A stretch of 64,000 nucleotides of DNA from Pseudobdellovibrionaceae bacterium (lineage in GTDB: Bacteria; Bdellovibrionota; Bdellovibrionia; Bdellovibrionales; Bdellovibrionaceae). Below, piece after piece: positions 9,850 to 18,517 of this stretch (position 1 is the stretch's first letter; every line of letters starts with the position of its first letter). The position numbers and the translations under genes were made by a program. The stretch spans positions 97,961 through 161,960 of the forward strand of contig JAOASS010000016.1 in the NCBI GenBank assembly GCA_030158485.1. Reading direction: 5' to 3'. The notes below the pieces were generated by a model. The model had not been told where the DNA came from, made no database searches, and saw only the letters and a program-made list of their open reading frames with translations.

Positions 9850-12171
9850 TTATAAATTATCACCGGCTTTAGGTAAGCGGCAACCAATCTCAATCATTTT
9901 TTTTGCAACTAGATTTGCTTGTTCTTGCACGCTCATCATTTTTGGTGCGGGTTTTCTGCTTAAGTCTAAAATAGATTGTTCGATATACGATTTTTGTCTC
10001 AAAGACTGTTTACCACTATAATCAGCTTTACCACGACAGTAACTGATAATTTTAGGATCCACTGAATTATCGAGATAGTCATAAATCATATCGCACATAA
10101 AGTGTGTAGTGCCTAAGTGGTCCAAAGCATCAGAGTAGTCTTTAATCGCTTTTTCTAAATCTATACAGGCTAATTCCCATTGAGGTGAATTAATTGGAAG
10201 GTTTTTCCGATTTAAGATAACCATTTTTGTGGCCATTTCGTAGTCTGCTATAAATTGCTTTTGAGTATCGGCTGAGGTTTTTCCGTAAATTCCTTTACCT
10301 GAATTTGTCAGAGCAAATGATTTACTTAAAATTTCACTTATCGTTTTGTCAAAAGCTCCTCGTGCTCTTGCGAACTGGGTGCGTTTATAATCGAGCCACG
10401 CATAAACAGGAGATTCGCCTGCAAAAAAACCAGGTCGTGGTCCCAGTAAACTTCTTTTTAAATTAGCTGCCGCTTCGGCAAACTCAGATCGATTGTAAAC
10501 ACCGGATCCAGGCTTTGTGAGTTCTTTTAAGACTCTTGCCATTCGATTTGTATTTTCCTGCTCATTTAAAATTTTATCAAATTCGAGTTTCCATTTTCGA
10601 TACTCTTCATTCTGAGAAAGATCATCTTCCATTTTATCTAAGTCTTCGACCATAATATTCGTGGTCTCAGTGATCATGCGGCTAATGTGTTGAACAAAAG
10701 CCATTGTCGTCGCAGCGCAAGCTGAAACTTGTTCACCTGTGGGTTCTTCTGGAAAATTAACAATTCTATTCAGCAAACTTTGAAAAGTTCGAATTAAAAC
10801 TTGAACTTTCTTTTTTAATTTCTCATCTTCTTCTCGCACATTAAGTCGAGGTTGACCATAAGCAGCTTGGAAATCAGTTAAATCAATATTTTTTAAATAA
10901 TTATTTTGTTGATAAGCATTTAAAATTCCTTGCTGAACTGAATTTGGAAAAGAACCTTCATCTTGAGACATCAAAACAATTTGTTTACCTTGAATACAAA
11001 TTAGCAAAGCATTGTTCTGTGCTTCTCTTATTCTTAAATTAACTTCTTCTAAAGCTTCTTTATCAGAGCGCACAGCCGCTTGCAGCCCCCCAATATTGTT
11101 TCTAACGTTCCCACGCACTGTCCACATTGTGTTAAGCAATGTCGATCCGCCTGTTACTTTTAACGCATAAGTGTTTATATTTTCTTTTAGCTGCTTTTCA
11201 AGTTCGGCAAAGCGCCCACTTCTTGCGAGTTGAATATAGCTAATTTTTTTTGCGACTTTAGTGAACTGACATGTGTTTTGTAAAACAGCATTTCTTTGAT
11301 CTGCAATTTCCATTTTAACAGTATTGCTTTGAATCACTTGAGCCATTGTTGAAATTACGTTACTACCAACAACTGTTCCCATAATAGCCCCTTTAACGGC
11401 AAGAGATAAAGCCGGTTGGGTCGCTGTTAAAAGAAGTAAAAATGGAGAAGCTGAGTTTATAACATTATTAAGCTCCAGTGCCACTTTTCCCCACGAAAGA
11501 TTTTTTTTTCCGCAAGCACTTGAAAATGTCGAGACATTTTTAAAAACTTCAGACATACGATCAATACCTGATACAAGTGAGCCCACATTATTTTGTAGCT
11601 GGGAAATATTTGCGTAACCAGCTTGAGGATCTTGAACGTAACCTTGAAGTTGTTCGATAGCTTTTTTAATTTGTTCGCTTGTCTGTTTTACGCTTTCAAT
11701 TTGAGGTTGAGAGCTTTGACATTGATCCGAAACTCCTTGAATTGCATTTGTTAAACTTGAAATGGCAATATTCAAATCTTGGTAAGTGCTATTTTCAAAA
11801 AGTGGGCAGCTGTATTGGCTTGGTACGTTTGCAACTCTAATAGTTGCATCTGCTACTGGATTTTGTAGTCCTAGGCCTGGATTTCTTGGATTAGGATTAT
11901 TTGAAATAGGGGGGTTAAAAAGATCAATCGGACTTGGCGCGCCAGGTGCAAAAGGTGAAACAGGAGTGAATGCCGGTAACTCATCGGTTCCTGTTTCATC
12001 AATCGTTACAGGCCCGTTATTGTTGCCAGACTCAGTGACCTTAGGTGTATCTTTGATATTCGGGAATAAGTCGTTATTTTGCGCTAATGCAGAGCTTTGC
12101 CAACCAAAACTTGATACGAGCAGGGCCGTGGTCAAAATATAAGACGTTACCACCTTTATATTTTTAAACAT
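9850..12171 (-). CDS. Large secreted protein of unknown function (paralog A of the 785-aa pair)
   Basis: Start moved to the ATG at 12171 (GAGGA RBS), giving the signal peptide MFKNIKVVTSYILTTALLVSSFGWQSSALA. A Pro-rich linker and conserved Cys pairs follow. The hydrophobic segment SWGKVALELNNVINSASPFLLLLTATQPALSLAVKGAIMGTVVG is bracketed by Cys. I recognise no known domain. Confidence 0.75.
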   Translation of the reverse strand: MFKNIKVVTSYILTTALLVSSFGWQSSALAQNNDLFPNIKDTPKVTESGNNNGPVTIDETGTDELPAFTPVSPFAPGAPSPIDLFNPPISNNPNPRNPGLGLQNPVADATIRVANVPSQYSCPLFENSTYQDLNIAISSLTNAIQGVSDQCQSSQPQIESVKQTSEQIKKAIEQLQGYVQDPQAGYANISQLQNNVGSLVSGIDRMSEVFKNVSTFSSACGKKNLSWGKVALELNNVINSASPFLLLLTATQPALSLAVKGAIMGTVVGSNVISTMAQVIQSNTVKMEIADQRNAVLQNTCQFTKVAKKISYIQLARSGRFAELEKQLKENINTYALKVTGGSTLLNTMWTVRGNVRNNIGGLQAAVRSDKEALEEVNLRIREAQNNALLICIQGKQIVLMSQDEGSFPNSVQQGILNAYQQNNYLKNIDLTDFQAAYGQPRLNVREEDEKLKKKVQVLIRTFQSLLNRIVNFPEEPTGEQVSACAATTMAFVQHISRMITETTNIMVEDLDKMEDDLSQNEEYRKWKLEFDKILNEQENTNRMARVLKELTKPGSGVYNRSEFAEAAANLKRSLLGPRPGFFAGESPVYAWLDYKRTQFARARGAFDKTISEILSKSFALTNSGKGIYGKTSADTQKQFIADYEMATKMVILNRKNLPINSPQWELACIDLEKAIKDYSDALDHLGTTHFMCDMIYDYLDNSVDPKIISYCRGKADYSGKQSLRQKSYIEQSILDLSRKPAPKMMSVQEQANLVAKKMIEIGCRLPKAGDNL

Positions 12172-12539
12172 ATTTTCCTCTTCTTTACGGGAAGCTTGAG
12201 CTTCCATTTTCAAGTTGGACTGAAATTTTTTAATCCATTCGGGATTAAAAATATCTGTCAGTCTGCTTTCCAGACCCTGTTATATTTACATCTTAACGAA
12301 ATTCAAAAATGCGCTAAATCCCTGAAATCTCAAGTTAGTTAATTTGGATATCAAGGTCAGAAAAGGGTATTGCAAATTAGTGGCCTAGTTGTCTCAAATC
12401 GATACGGTGTTAAGTTGACATACGATCTGCGAAAACTTGGGGACAGATGGGCTGAACTCGCTTTAAATGAATGCTATAACTTGAATATCAGATTTGAGCA
12501 CGAGATCTTGGCAAGGAATTTGAAGCTTCAATAAGTAAG

Positions 12540-13196
12540 ATGAAGCGAGTCCTCTTTTTTCATTTATTAGTAGTAAGTTTGGCTTTTGCAAAACAAGATT
12601 TTGTAGAATTTCAGAATATAAATTCACGCGTTCTAGCTCAAGTTCAAAATTATCGAAAAATTCCTCGTAAAAATAAAAAATCATCTTTTAAAAAGTATCA
12701 ATCAATTCGATCCACGAAATACAAAGGTTACAAAGTAACTCAAATTCCTCAGTACGAAATTCCACCATTATTAACACGAGAAGATTTAAATAAAATAATT
12801 CCCTCTCATGTATCGGCAAAAGATCCTTCATCTGTCGTTCTCAGAAAAATGGGCGATAAAGCTATCGGAGTTTGGTTGAAGTCTTCTTCAATGCAGAAGA
12901 TGACAATTGTACAAGCTGCTCAAAAAGTTGAACAAGCTATGAAAGCTGAAATCAATTTGGCCCCCGAAGACTCTGAAATTAAGCACAAACTTAATTTTCA
13001 AGTTGAAGCGTTTCAGGCGACTTCTAAAGTAGATTACACGGGTTTTGTTGATGCATCAGTCAGCTATAATATGCGAGATCAAAAAGCTGGATATGAAGTT
13101 CGTCGCAAAGTTTTACGAAATAAAGATTTGTTTGTAAATCACTCTGAAACTAAAAATGAAAACTTAAGCTCTGTTGGGTTGAAGTGGTCTTTTTAG
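12540..13196 (+). CDS. Secreted/outer-membrane hypothetical protein
   Basis: Signal peptide MKRVLFFHLLVVSLAFA. The C-terminus GLKWSF ends in an aromatic residue (OMP-like). No domain recognised. Confidence 0.55.
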   Translation: MKRVLFFHLLVVSLAFAKQDFVEFQNINSRVLAQVQNYRKIPRKNKKSSFKKYQSIRSTKYKGYKVTQIPQYEIPPLLTREDLNKIIPSHVSAKDPSSVVLRKMGDKAIGVWLKSSSMQKMTIVQAAQKVEQAMKAEINLAPEDSEIKHKLNFQVEAFQATSKVDYTGFVDASVSYNMRDQKAGYEVRRKVLRNKDLFVNHSETKNENLSSVGLKWSF

Positions 13197-13210
13197 AAAA
13201 ATCTAGAAGA

Positions 13211-14470
13211 TTATATTTTTACTTTTGATCCAATATCTTTGCGATACTGCAGCCCAGAGCTGTTAATTTGGCTTGCCAGATTGTAAGCTTCGGTCAATGC
13301 AGACTTAAGTGTTGATCCAATTCCAACACAACCTAAGACCCTGCCACCATTTGTGTAATACTGTCCCTCAATTTTTTTTGTACTAGCATGAATCATCCAT
13401 TGGCTTGGGTTTTCAAGATCAAGTGGGCCGTGAATCAGAATTCCTTTTTTTGGAGATTCTGGGTATCCTTCTGCTGCCATAATGATACAGGCAGAAGAAA
13501 TATTTTTAATTTTGAAGGGCATTAACTTACCTTTTGCAAGATCACAAAAAAGTTGGGCTGTATCAGTATCAATTAAAGGCAGGATGACTTGAGTTTCGGG
13601 GTCACCCAAGCGAGTGTTGTATTCAATGACATGTGGCCCTTCAGCTGTGATCATGATTCCAACAAAAATGATGCCTCGATAAAGAAAATTCCGATTTTTC
13701 ATTTGGTTTAAAGTGGGCTCAATAATTCTTGATTGAATTTTTTCATTCCAATCTGTTGGAATTAAAAGAGGGGCAACAGTTCCCATTCCACCCGTATTTG
13801 GTCCTTCGTCATGGTCCATAAGTCTTTTGTGGTCTTGTGCAATTGGAAGTGAAATGTACTTATTTCCATCAGTCAAAACTGTGTAACTGAGTTCAAATCC
13901 TGGCATAAATTGTTCTAAAACAGCACGTTGCCCTGCAGAACCAAAAATTTTTTTTTCGAAAAAATCATGAGCCACTTTTTGTAAGTCTTTAAGATTTTTG
14001 CAAATAGAAACCCCTTTTCCCGCACAAAGGCCATCGGCTTTGAGTACATAAGGAGGAGTAAACTCTTTGCTTGCTTCAAGGGTTTGCTCGACTGAATCGA
14101 CGATTCTAAAGTGAGCAGTTGGTATTCCCGCTTCTTGCATAAAAATTTTAGCAAAAATTTTTGAACCTTCAAGTTGAGCCGCTTCTTGATCGGGTCCAAT
14201 ACAGTGAATCCCTCGTGTTCTTAAGAAATCAGTCAATCCTAATACAAGTGGGTCTTCGGGACCAATGAAGACAAAATCAATTGCGTGGTTTGTACAAAAT
14301 GTCACAACTGTTTCAAAATTTTTCCATGAAATATCGGGATAGCAAAGTGCTTCTTTCGCCATCCCATCGTTACCGGGGATGACATGAATTTCAGTTACAA
14401 GGGGGCTTAAGCGGAATGATTTAATAAGAGCGTGTTCTCGTCCACCAGAGCCCACTACTAGAATCTTCAT
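13211..14470 (-). CDS. purD: Phosphoribosylamine-glycine ligase
   Basis: MKILVVGSGGREHAL at the N-terminus, ATP-grasp core, the EYNTRLGDPE motif, and a length of 419 aa. Confidence 0.95.
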   Translation of the reverse strand: MKILVVGSGGREHALIKSFRLSPLVTEIHVIPGNDGMAKEALCYPDISWKNFETVVTFCTNHAIDFVFIGPEDPLVLGLTDFLRTRGIHCIGPDQEAAQLEGSKIFAKIFMQEAGIPTAHFRIVDSVEQTLEASKEFTPPYVLKADGLCAGKGVSICKNLKDLQKVAHDFFEKKIFGSAGQRAVLEQFMPGFELSYTVLTDGNKYISLPIAQDHKRLMDHDEGPNTGGMGTVAPLLIPTDWNEKIQSRIIEPTLNQMKNRNFLYRGIIFVGIMITAEGPHVIEYNTRLGDPETQVILPLIDTDTAQLFCDLAKGKLMPFKIKNISSACIIMAAEGYPESPKKGILIHGPLDLENPSQWMIHASTKKIEGQYYTNGGRVLGCVGIGSTLKSALTEAYNLASQINSSGLQYRKDIGSKVKI

Positions 14471-15768
14471 TTCAAAGATCCTTTTAATTCTTTCAAAATT
14501 TTTTCAGCTTCTACAAAAGACTCGGGAGCGACATAAAGTCGGTCAATAACACGAGTGCCTTCATATTTTTGAAAAATTTCTGTTGTTCTTTCTATTTGAG
14601 TCGGCTTGACCCACGGGTCGTACTGGTCAACAACAAACATGGGGAAAGTTTTATGCTCAGTTGACGAATGGTATTTTGATAATCGAATGCGAGATGAAGC
14701 CCAGATAACTTCGACACCTTTTTTTTCAATTTCGGATTTCAAAATTTCGGGTCTTAGTTCATCGGCCACGTTATGCATTTCAATTAAGACTTTATAAGGA
14801 GTTCTTGCTGCAATTCTTTTGGCCCAAGAATTTTCGACGCTCGCTAAGTGTTCATACAGTTTGTAGTCATTGTACTGAGTATAAGCTTGAATGTCTGAAG
14901 GCAAAAAGAAACGACAATCTTTTGAAGTCAGATATCGATTGAGCATTTCTTCGTAAATAATACTTTTATGATGGAAATAAACCATCAAATGCATATGGTG
15001 CCGAGAAATCAAAAAATCATCGAATGAATAAAGAGCTCTGCGGTTCATAGCAAGATAGGCTTTATTGTCGACTAAATGCAGTGTGAGATTCTGAATCAAC
15101 CACTCCATATCGATCTTTCCATAATTTGTACCGCAGAAATAGGAATCACGCTCAAGATAATCCATGCGATCAACATCAAGTTCAGAGCTAATAAGCTGGG
15201 ATAGAATGGGTCTGAAGTCTATTCCTTGATCAGAAAAAAAATCGTCTCTTTCAGGAAGATTTTTATCAATCAAGCAGGCGACATAATAAGGATCGATGTC
15301 ATTGAATTTTGATTTGATCGTGTCGGCAATTGAAGATTCTGTGACGTATTTAATTGTGTAATCTTCATGATTGGATTGTCGTTCTTTAGTTTTTCCGTAA
15401 GCTTTCACTTTTAGTTCGGCAAGTGGCGGCATTACTTCTTCGGTTGTGTGACTAAGTGGGCCATGGCCCACATCGTGTAGCAGTGCTGCTAATCGAAATG
15501 TTTGACGGAAGCGAAGCTTAACAGAATTTTTAGAAAAAGGATATGCACCAAATATAGAATCAAATGCTAAAGCGGCCAGATGCCCCACTCCGATTGAATG
15601 TAAGTAGCGATTGTGTGTGGCTCCTGGAAAGCTAAATTCAGAAAATCCAAGTTGTTTGATTGACCTGAGGCGCTGATATTCCGGTGTATCCAATACCGCC
15701 ACTTCCGCATTCGAATAATGAATAGAACCATGCACCGGATCTCTAATTTCCATAGGTGACTGGTACAT
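14467..15768 (-). CDS. HD-domain phosphohydrolase (COG1078 / SAMHD1-EF1143-like putative dNTP triphosphohydrolase)
   Basis: IRDPVHGSI..., RLRSIKQLG, THNRYLHSIGVGHLA, LLHDVGHGPLSH and DVDRMDYLERDS. The stop overlaps the purD start (ATGA). Confidence 0.75.
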   Translation of the reverse strand: MYQSPMEIRDPVHGSIHYSNAEVAVLDTPEYQRLRSIKQLGFSEFSFPGATHNRYLHSIGVGHLAALAFDSIFGAYPFSKNSVKLRFRQTFRLAALLHDVGHGPLSHTTEEVMPPLAELKVKAYGKTKERQSNHEDYTIKYVTESSIADTIKSKFNDIDPYYVACLIDKNLPERDDFFSDQGIDFRPILSQLISSELDVDRMDYLERDSYFCGTNYGKIDMEWLIQNLTLHLVDNKAYLAMNRRALYSFDDFLISRHHMHLMVYFHHKSIIYEEMLNRYLTSKDCRFFLPSDIQAYTQYNDYKLYEHLASVENSWAKRIAARTPYKVLIEMHNVADELRPEILKSEIEKKGVEVIWASSRIRLSKYHSSTEHKTFPMFVVDQYDPWVKPTQIERTTEIFQKYEGTRVIDRLYVAPESFVEAEKILKELKGSLK

Positions 15769-15822
15769 GAGGCGTGACGATGCGTCAAGAATCTTGTCGG
15801 TGATGGCTTTTGAAGAAGTGTG

Positions 15823-16452
15823 TCATGGTTTATTCTCTTCTGATAGACGCTTTTCAATTCGAGTCTGTTCTCCAGTAAAGCCAGACTTTTCACTTTCGGC
15901 ATGACTGAGGCAAGGTGATATTGCGGAAAAGTCTTTGTTATTTTTTATCATAGCACATTTGGTTCTGAAGTAAGTCATATCCAGGTCTTGCTCTGTTATT
16001 CCATCCAGCCCATGAATGCATTTTACGGCAGATTCATTTGATTTTTCATTTTTGTTTTCTAAATAACGAGCGCAGATATTTGCAAAATCGTTTATTAAAT
16101 TTGAGTTCAAACATTTGAAGACCCAAGCAACACTATTTGATGCAACCAGATTTTCACAAATTTCAGCTTGTTTTTGAGAAGCAAGTGTTGGTGACTTGTC
16201 TGCTATTGTCTCAAGACAGTTCATTGAATTTTCAGGTCCCATTTTTTTATGAACTTCAAAGCAAACAGAAAGAAATTCTTTGCGAAAAATTTTATCTTTA
16301 ATAAATTCATGACATTGAGGTTGATCAACTTTGGCACGCTTAGCGCAAAGTTTGGGTGCGCTATCGCTTAAGAAATTTAAACTCAGATTTGAAAGCTGAA
16401 ATGCATATGAAAATTGAGATAGTGAAATGAAACTTATAAAAATTTTCTTCAT
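15823..16452 (-). CDS. Cysteine-rich secreted hypothetical protein
   Basis: Signal peptide MKKIFISFISLSQFSYA and about 11 Cys spread over a 190-aa mature protein. No domain recognised. Confidence 0.55.
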   Translation of the reverse strand: MKKIFISFISLSQFSYAFQLSNLSLNFLSDSAPKLCAKRAKVDQPQCHEFIKDKIFRKEFLSVCFEVHKKMGPENSMNCLETIADKSPTLASQKQAEICENLVASNSVAWVFKCLNSNLINDFANICARYLENKNEKSNESAVKCIHGLDGITEQDLDMTYFRTKCAMIKNNKDFSAISPCLSHAESEKSGFTGEQTRIEKRLSEENKP

Positions 16453-16614
16453 TTATAAAGCTTAATACTAAACTCAATCCACGAAACTTTAATTTATGAT
16501 TTTCTCTAATATGTAAACTCAGCTGAAATATAAAGCGCCGTCACGCTTCATGTTCCTGTCATCTCCAGACTTTAGACTAATTTTTGGCGTTGGCCCTTTA
16601 GGTGTATCAGGATG

Positions 16615-16622
16615 AGCCGATG
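16615..16622 (+). promoter_or_regulatory. Possible sigma-28 (FliA) -10 element GCCGATGA upstream of flagellin 1
   Basis: GCCGATGA matches the consensus GCCGATAA at 7 of 8 positions and lies 93 nt upstream of the fliC ATG. The -35 position 15 nt upstream reads TTTA rather than TAAA, so the match is only partial. Confidence 0.4.
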
Positions 16623-16714
16623 AGTATTCAAAGGCAGAATACCCAGCCTAGGAATTCATAATGAATTCCCCAGTTTCATGGAATGAAACTGAGATCTTCA
16701 AGGAGGAGGAAACA

Positions 16715-17560
16715 ATGGGATTGCGTATTAATACCAATACCGCTTCGTTAAATGCACAGAAGGTTCTGTGGGGAACGAAGATTGGACTCGATAAAAGTAT
16801 GGAAAAGCTAGCATCTGGCTTCCGTATTAATCGAGCCGGAGACGACGCTGCAGGCTTGGCGATCTCTGAAAACTTAAAAGCCCAAATCCGAGGTCTTAAA
16901 CAGGCTTCTCGAAATGCTCAGGACGGTATCTCACTAGTCCAAGTGGCAGAGGGATCGATGAACGAAATCTCGTCTATCCTGATCAGACTTCGAGAGTTGT
17001 CAGTTCAAGCCGCTTCAGACACGATTGGTCCAGTCGAGCGTCAGTTCCTCAATGTGGAATATGATCAGCTTGTATCAGAGATTGACCGCGTTGCAGAAGG
17101 TACAGAGTTCAACGGAACTCAACTTCTTGCTGGAGTTGGATCTATCTTGGATTTCCAAGTAGGCACTCGAAATAATCCTGAAATTGACCGAATTTCTTTC
17201 GACGCTTCAAAAGCAGACGCAAACTCAGCGGCATTGGGAGTTAACCTCACAAGTGTAGCAGATAAAGCTTCAGCTCAGAATGCCTTGTCAGCTATCGATA
17301 CAGCGATTGTATCCGTATCTGCGATGCGAGCCGATTTCGGTGCGATTCAAAATCGATTGCAATCTACGGTTTCAAATTTATCTGTGAGCATGGAAAACAT
17401 GTCAGCAGCTAATTCTCGAATCAGAGATGTCGATGTAGCTGAAGAAACAAGTGAGATGATGAGAAATAATATCTTACTTCAGGCAGGCACATCAGTATTA
17501 GCCCAAGCGAATCAGCAAGCAAACGTAGCACTTGGACTCTTGAACAAATCATTCGCCTAA
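16715..17560 (+). CDS. fliC: Flagellin (short form, about 281 aa)
   Basis: MGLRINTNTASLNAQ..., LASGFRINRAGDDAAGLAISE, and the C-terminal MSAANSRIRDVDVAEETSEMMRNNILLQAGTSVLAQANQ. ATG at 16715 is preceded by AAGGAGGAGGA. Confidence 0.95.
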   Translation: MGLRINTNTASLNAQKVLWGTKIGLDKSMEKLASGFRINRAGDDAAGLAISENLKAQIRGLKQASRNAQDGISLVQVAEGSMNEISSILIRLRELSVQAASDTIGPVERQFLNVEYDQLVSEIDRVAEGTEFNGTQLLAGVGSILDFQVGTRNNPEIDRISFDASKADANSAALGVNLTSVADKASAQNALSAIDTAIVSVSAMRADFGAIQNRLQSTVSNLSVSMENMSAANSRIRDVDVAEETSEMMRNNILLQAGTSVLAQANQQANVALGLLNKSFA

Positions 17561-17638
17561 GAAACGAGATGAATGATTCCGGGTTTTGATTTCACTTACC
17601 CCCCGAGAAGCCTCGTTGAAAAACGATTGTGCTCAGAG

Positions 17639-17797
17639 GTTGAGTCTGAATTTGTTTGAACAGTTTTGTTCAACGGATAACTCAACTTGTAAAAATTGAG
17701 GGGTACTTCTTAGTTGAAGTACCGACCGGCGAAAGCCGGGCCCTGACCCTAATAGTTTCCTGCGACGTTCCCTCCGCCCTTAGGGGTGGGGGTGAAC
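17639..17797 (+). ncRNA. Block of four tandem stable hairpins (candidate structured 3'UTR or small RNA)
   Basis: Nested stem GTTGAGT (17639-45) / ACTCAAC (17680-86) encloses TTGAACA-gttt-TGTTCAA. GGTACTTC-ttagtt-GAAGTACC lies at 17702-17723. CCGGC-GAAA-GCCGG (GNRA loop) lies at 17726-17739. A 9-bp stem CCCTCCGCCC-ttag-GGGTGGGGG needs G-U pairs that exist only in the + strand RNA. Confidence 0.3.
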
Positions 17798-17848
17798 AAT
17801 TATAAATCCAGACTTGAGCCGTGTTTTGAATGACGGCATCATTATGAC

Positions 17849-18517
17849 ATGCGAATTAATGCGCTTGTTTCTATCTTATTTTTATCAGCTTGTGCTCACA
17901 AAGAAACTTTTCAAAAAAGTCCAGTACCGAAAGCGATTCCTCCTCATCCTTGTTTTACGGCGGCGGCTCAGGGTGACGTCAATTTTATTCAAAAAAATTT
18001 AGAAGTTTGTAAGATCATGAAAAGTGAATCGGGGACAAGCCCATTCATGTTAGCGGCAGCCAGAGGACAAGACCAAGTTCTTCATTTTATGATTTTAAAC
18101 GGTGTCGATGTAAATGAAACAGATTCAACATTTGCCACAGCTTTGAACTACGCAGTTGTAGCTCATCATGTGAGTACGGTTGGACTACTTATTTTATCAG
18201 GTGCTGATTTGGAAGCGAAACATTCAGATGGAATAACGGTTTTGATGCTTGCAATCCAGCAGAGTAGTCCTGAAATGGTGAGGACCTTGACTACGACACG
18301 TCAGGCAATCAATTCAAAAGCTGAAGATGGGTGGACTGCATTATACTTTGCTATTCGTCGGGAAGATCCACGAATTTTATCTCTTTTATTAAGGCAGGGA
18401 GCTTGTAAAAATACCATCGATTCATACAAGCAAAGCCCACTTGATTTTGCGAAAGAAATTAAATGGGAACAAGGAGTCTTGATACTTGAACAAGCTCCTG
18501 CTTGCGGAAAAAGTTAG
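17849..18517 (+). CDS. Ankyrin-repeat lipoprotein
   Basis: Lipobox MRINALVSILFLSAC. At least four ANK-like repeats are present (TSPFMLAAARGQDQVLHFMILNGVDVN; ATALNYAVVAHHVSTVGLLILSGADLE; ITVLMLAIQQSSPEMV; WTALYFAIRREDPRILSLLLRQGA). Confidence 0.8.
   Translation: MRINALVSILFLSACAHKETFQKSPVPKAIPPHPCFTAAAQGDVNFIQKNLEVCKIMKSESGTSPFMLAAARGQDQVLHFMILNGVDVNETDSTFATALNYAVVAHHVSTVGLLILSGADLEAKHSDGITVLMLAIQQSSPEMVRTLTTTRQAINSKAEDGWTALYFAIRREDPRILSLLLRQGACKNTIDSYKQSPLDFAKEIKWEQGVLILEQAPACGKS

Noticed and set aside
17698-17797. Possible c-di-GMP-I (GEMM) riboswitch, suggested by two adjacent hairpins, one with a GAAA tetraloop, and by the known abundant GEMM-type RNA in Bdellovibrio.
   Set aside because: The conserved GEMM-I features as I recall them are not present. 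Missing are the GCAAA/ACGCAAAGCC junction and the tetraloop plus receptor on paired helices closed by a P1 stem. The first hairpin loop is TTAGTT rather than GNRA. I kept the region only as an unclassified structured region.
17800-17848. Sigma-28 promoter for the ankyrin gene (TAAATCCAGACTTGAGCCGTGTT).
   Set aside because: The spacing between TAAA and the GCCG element is about 11 nt rather than 15, and GCCGTGTT is a poor match to GCCGATAA.
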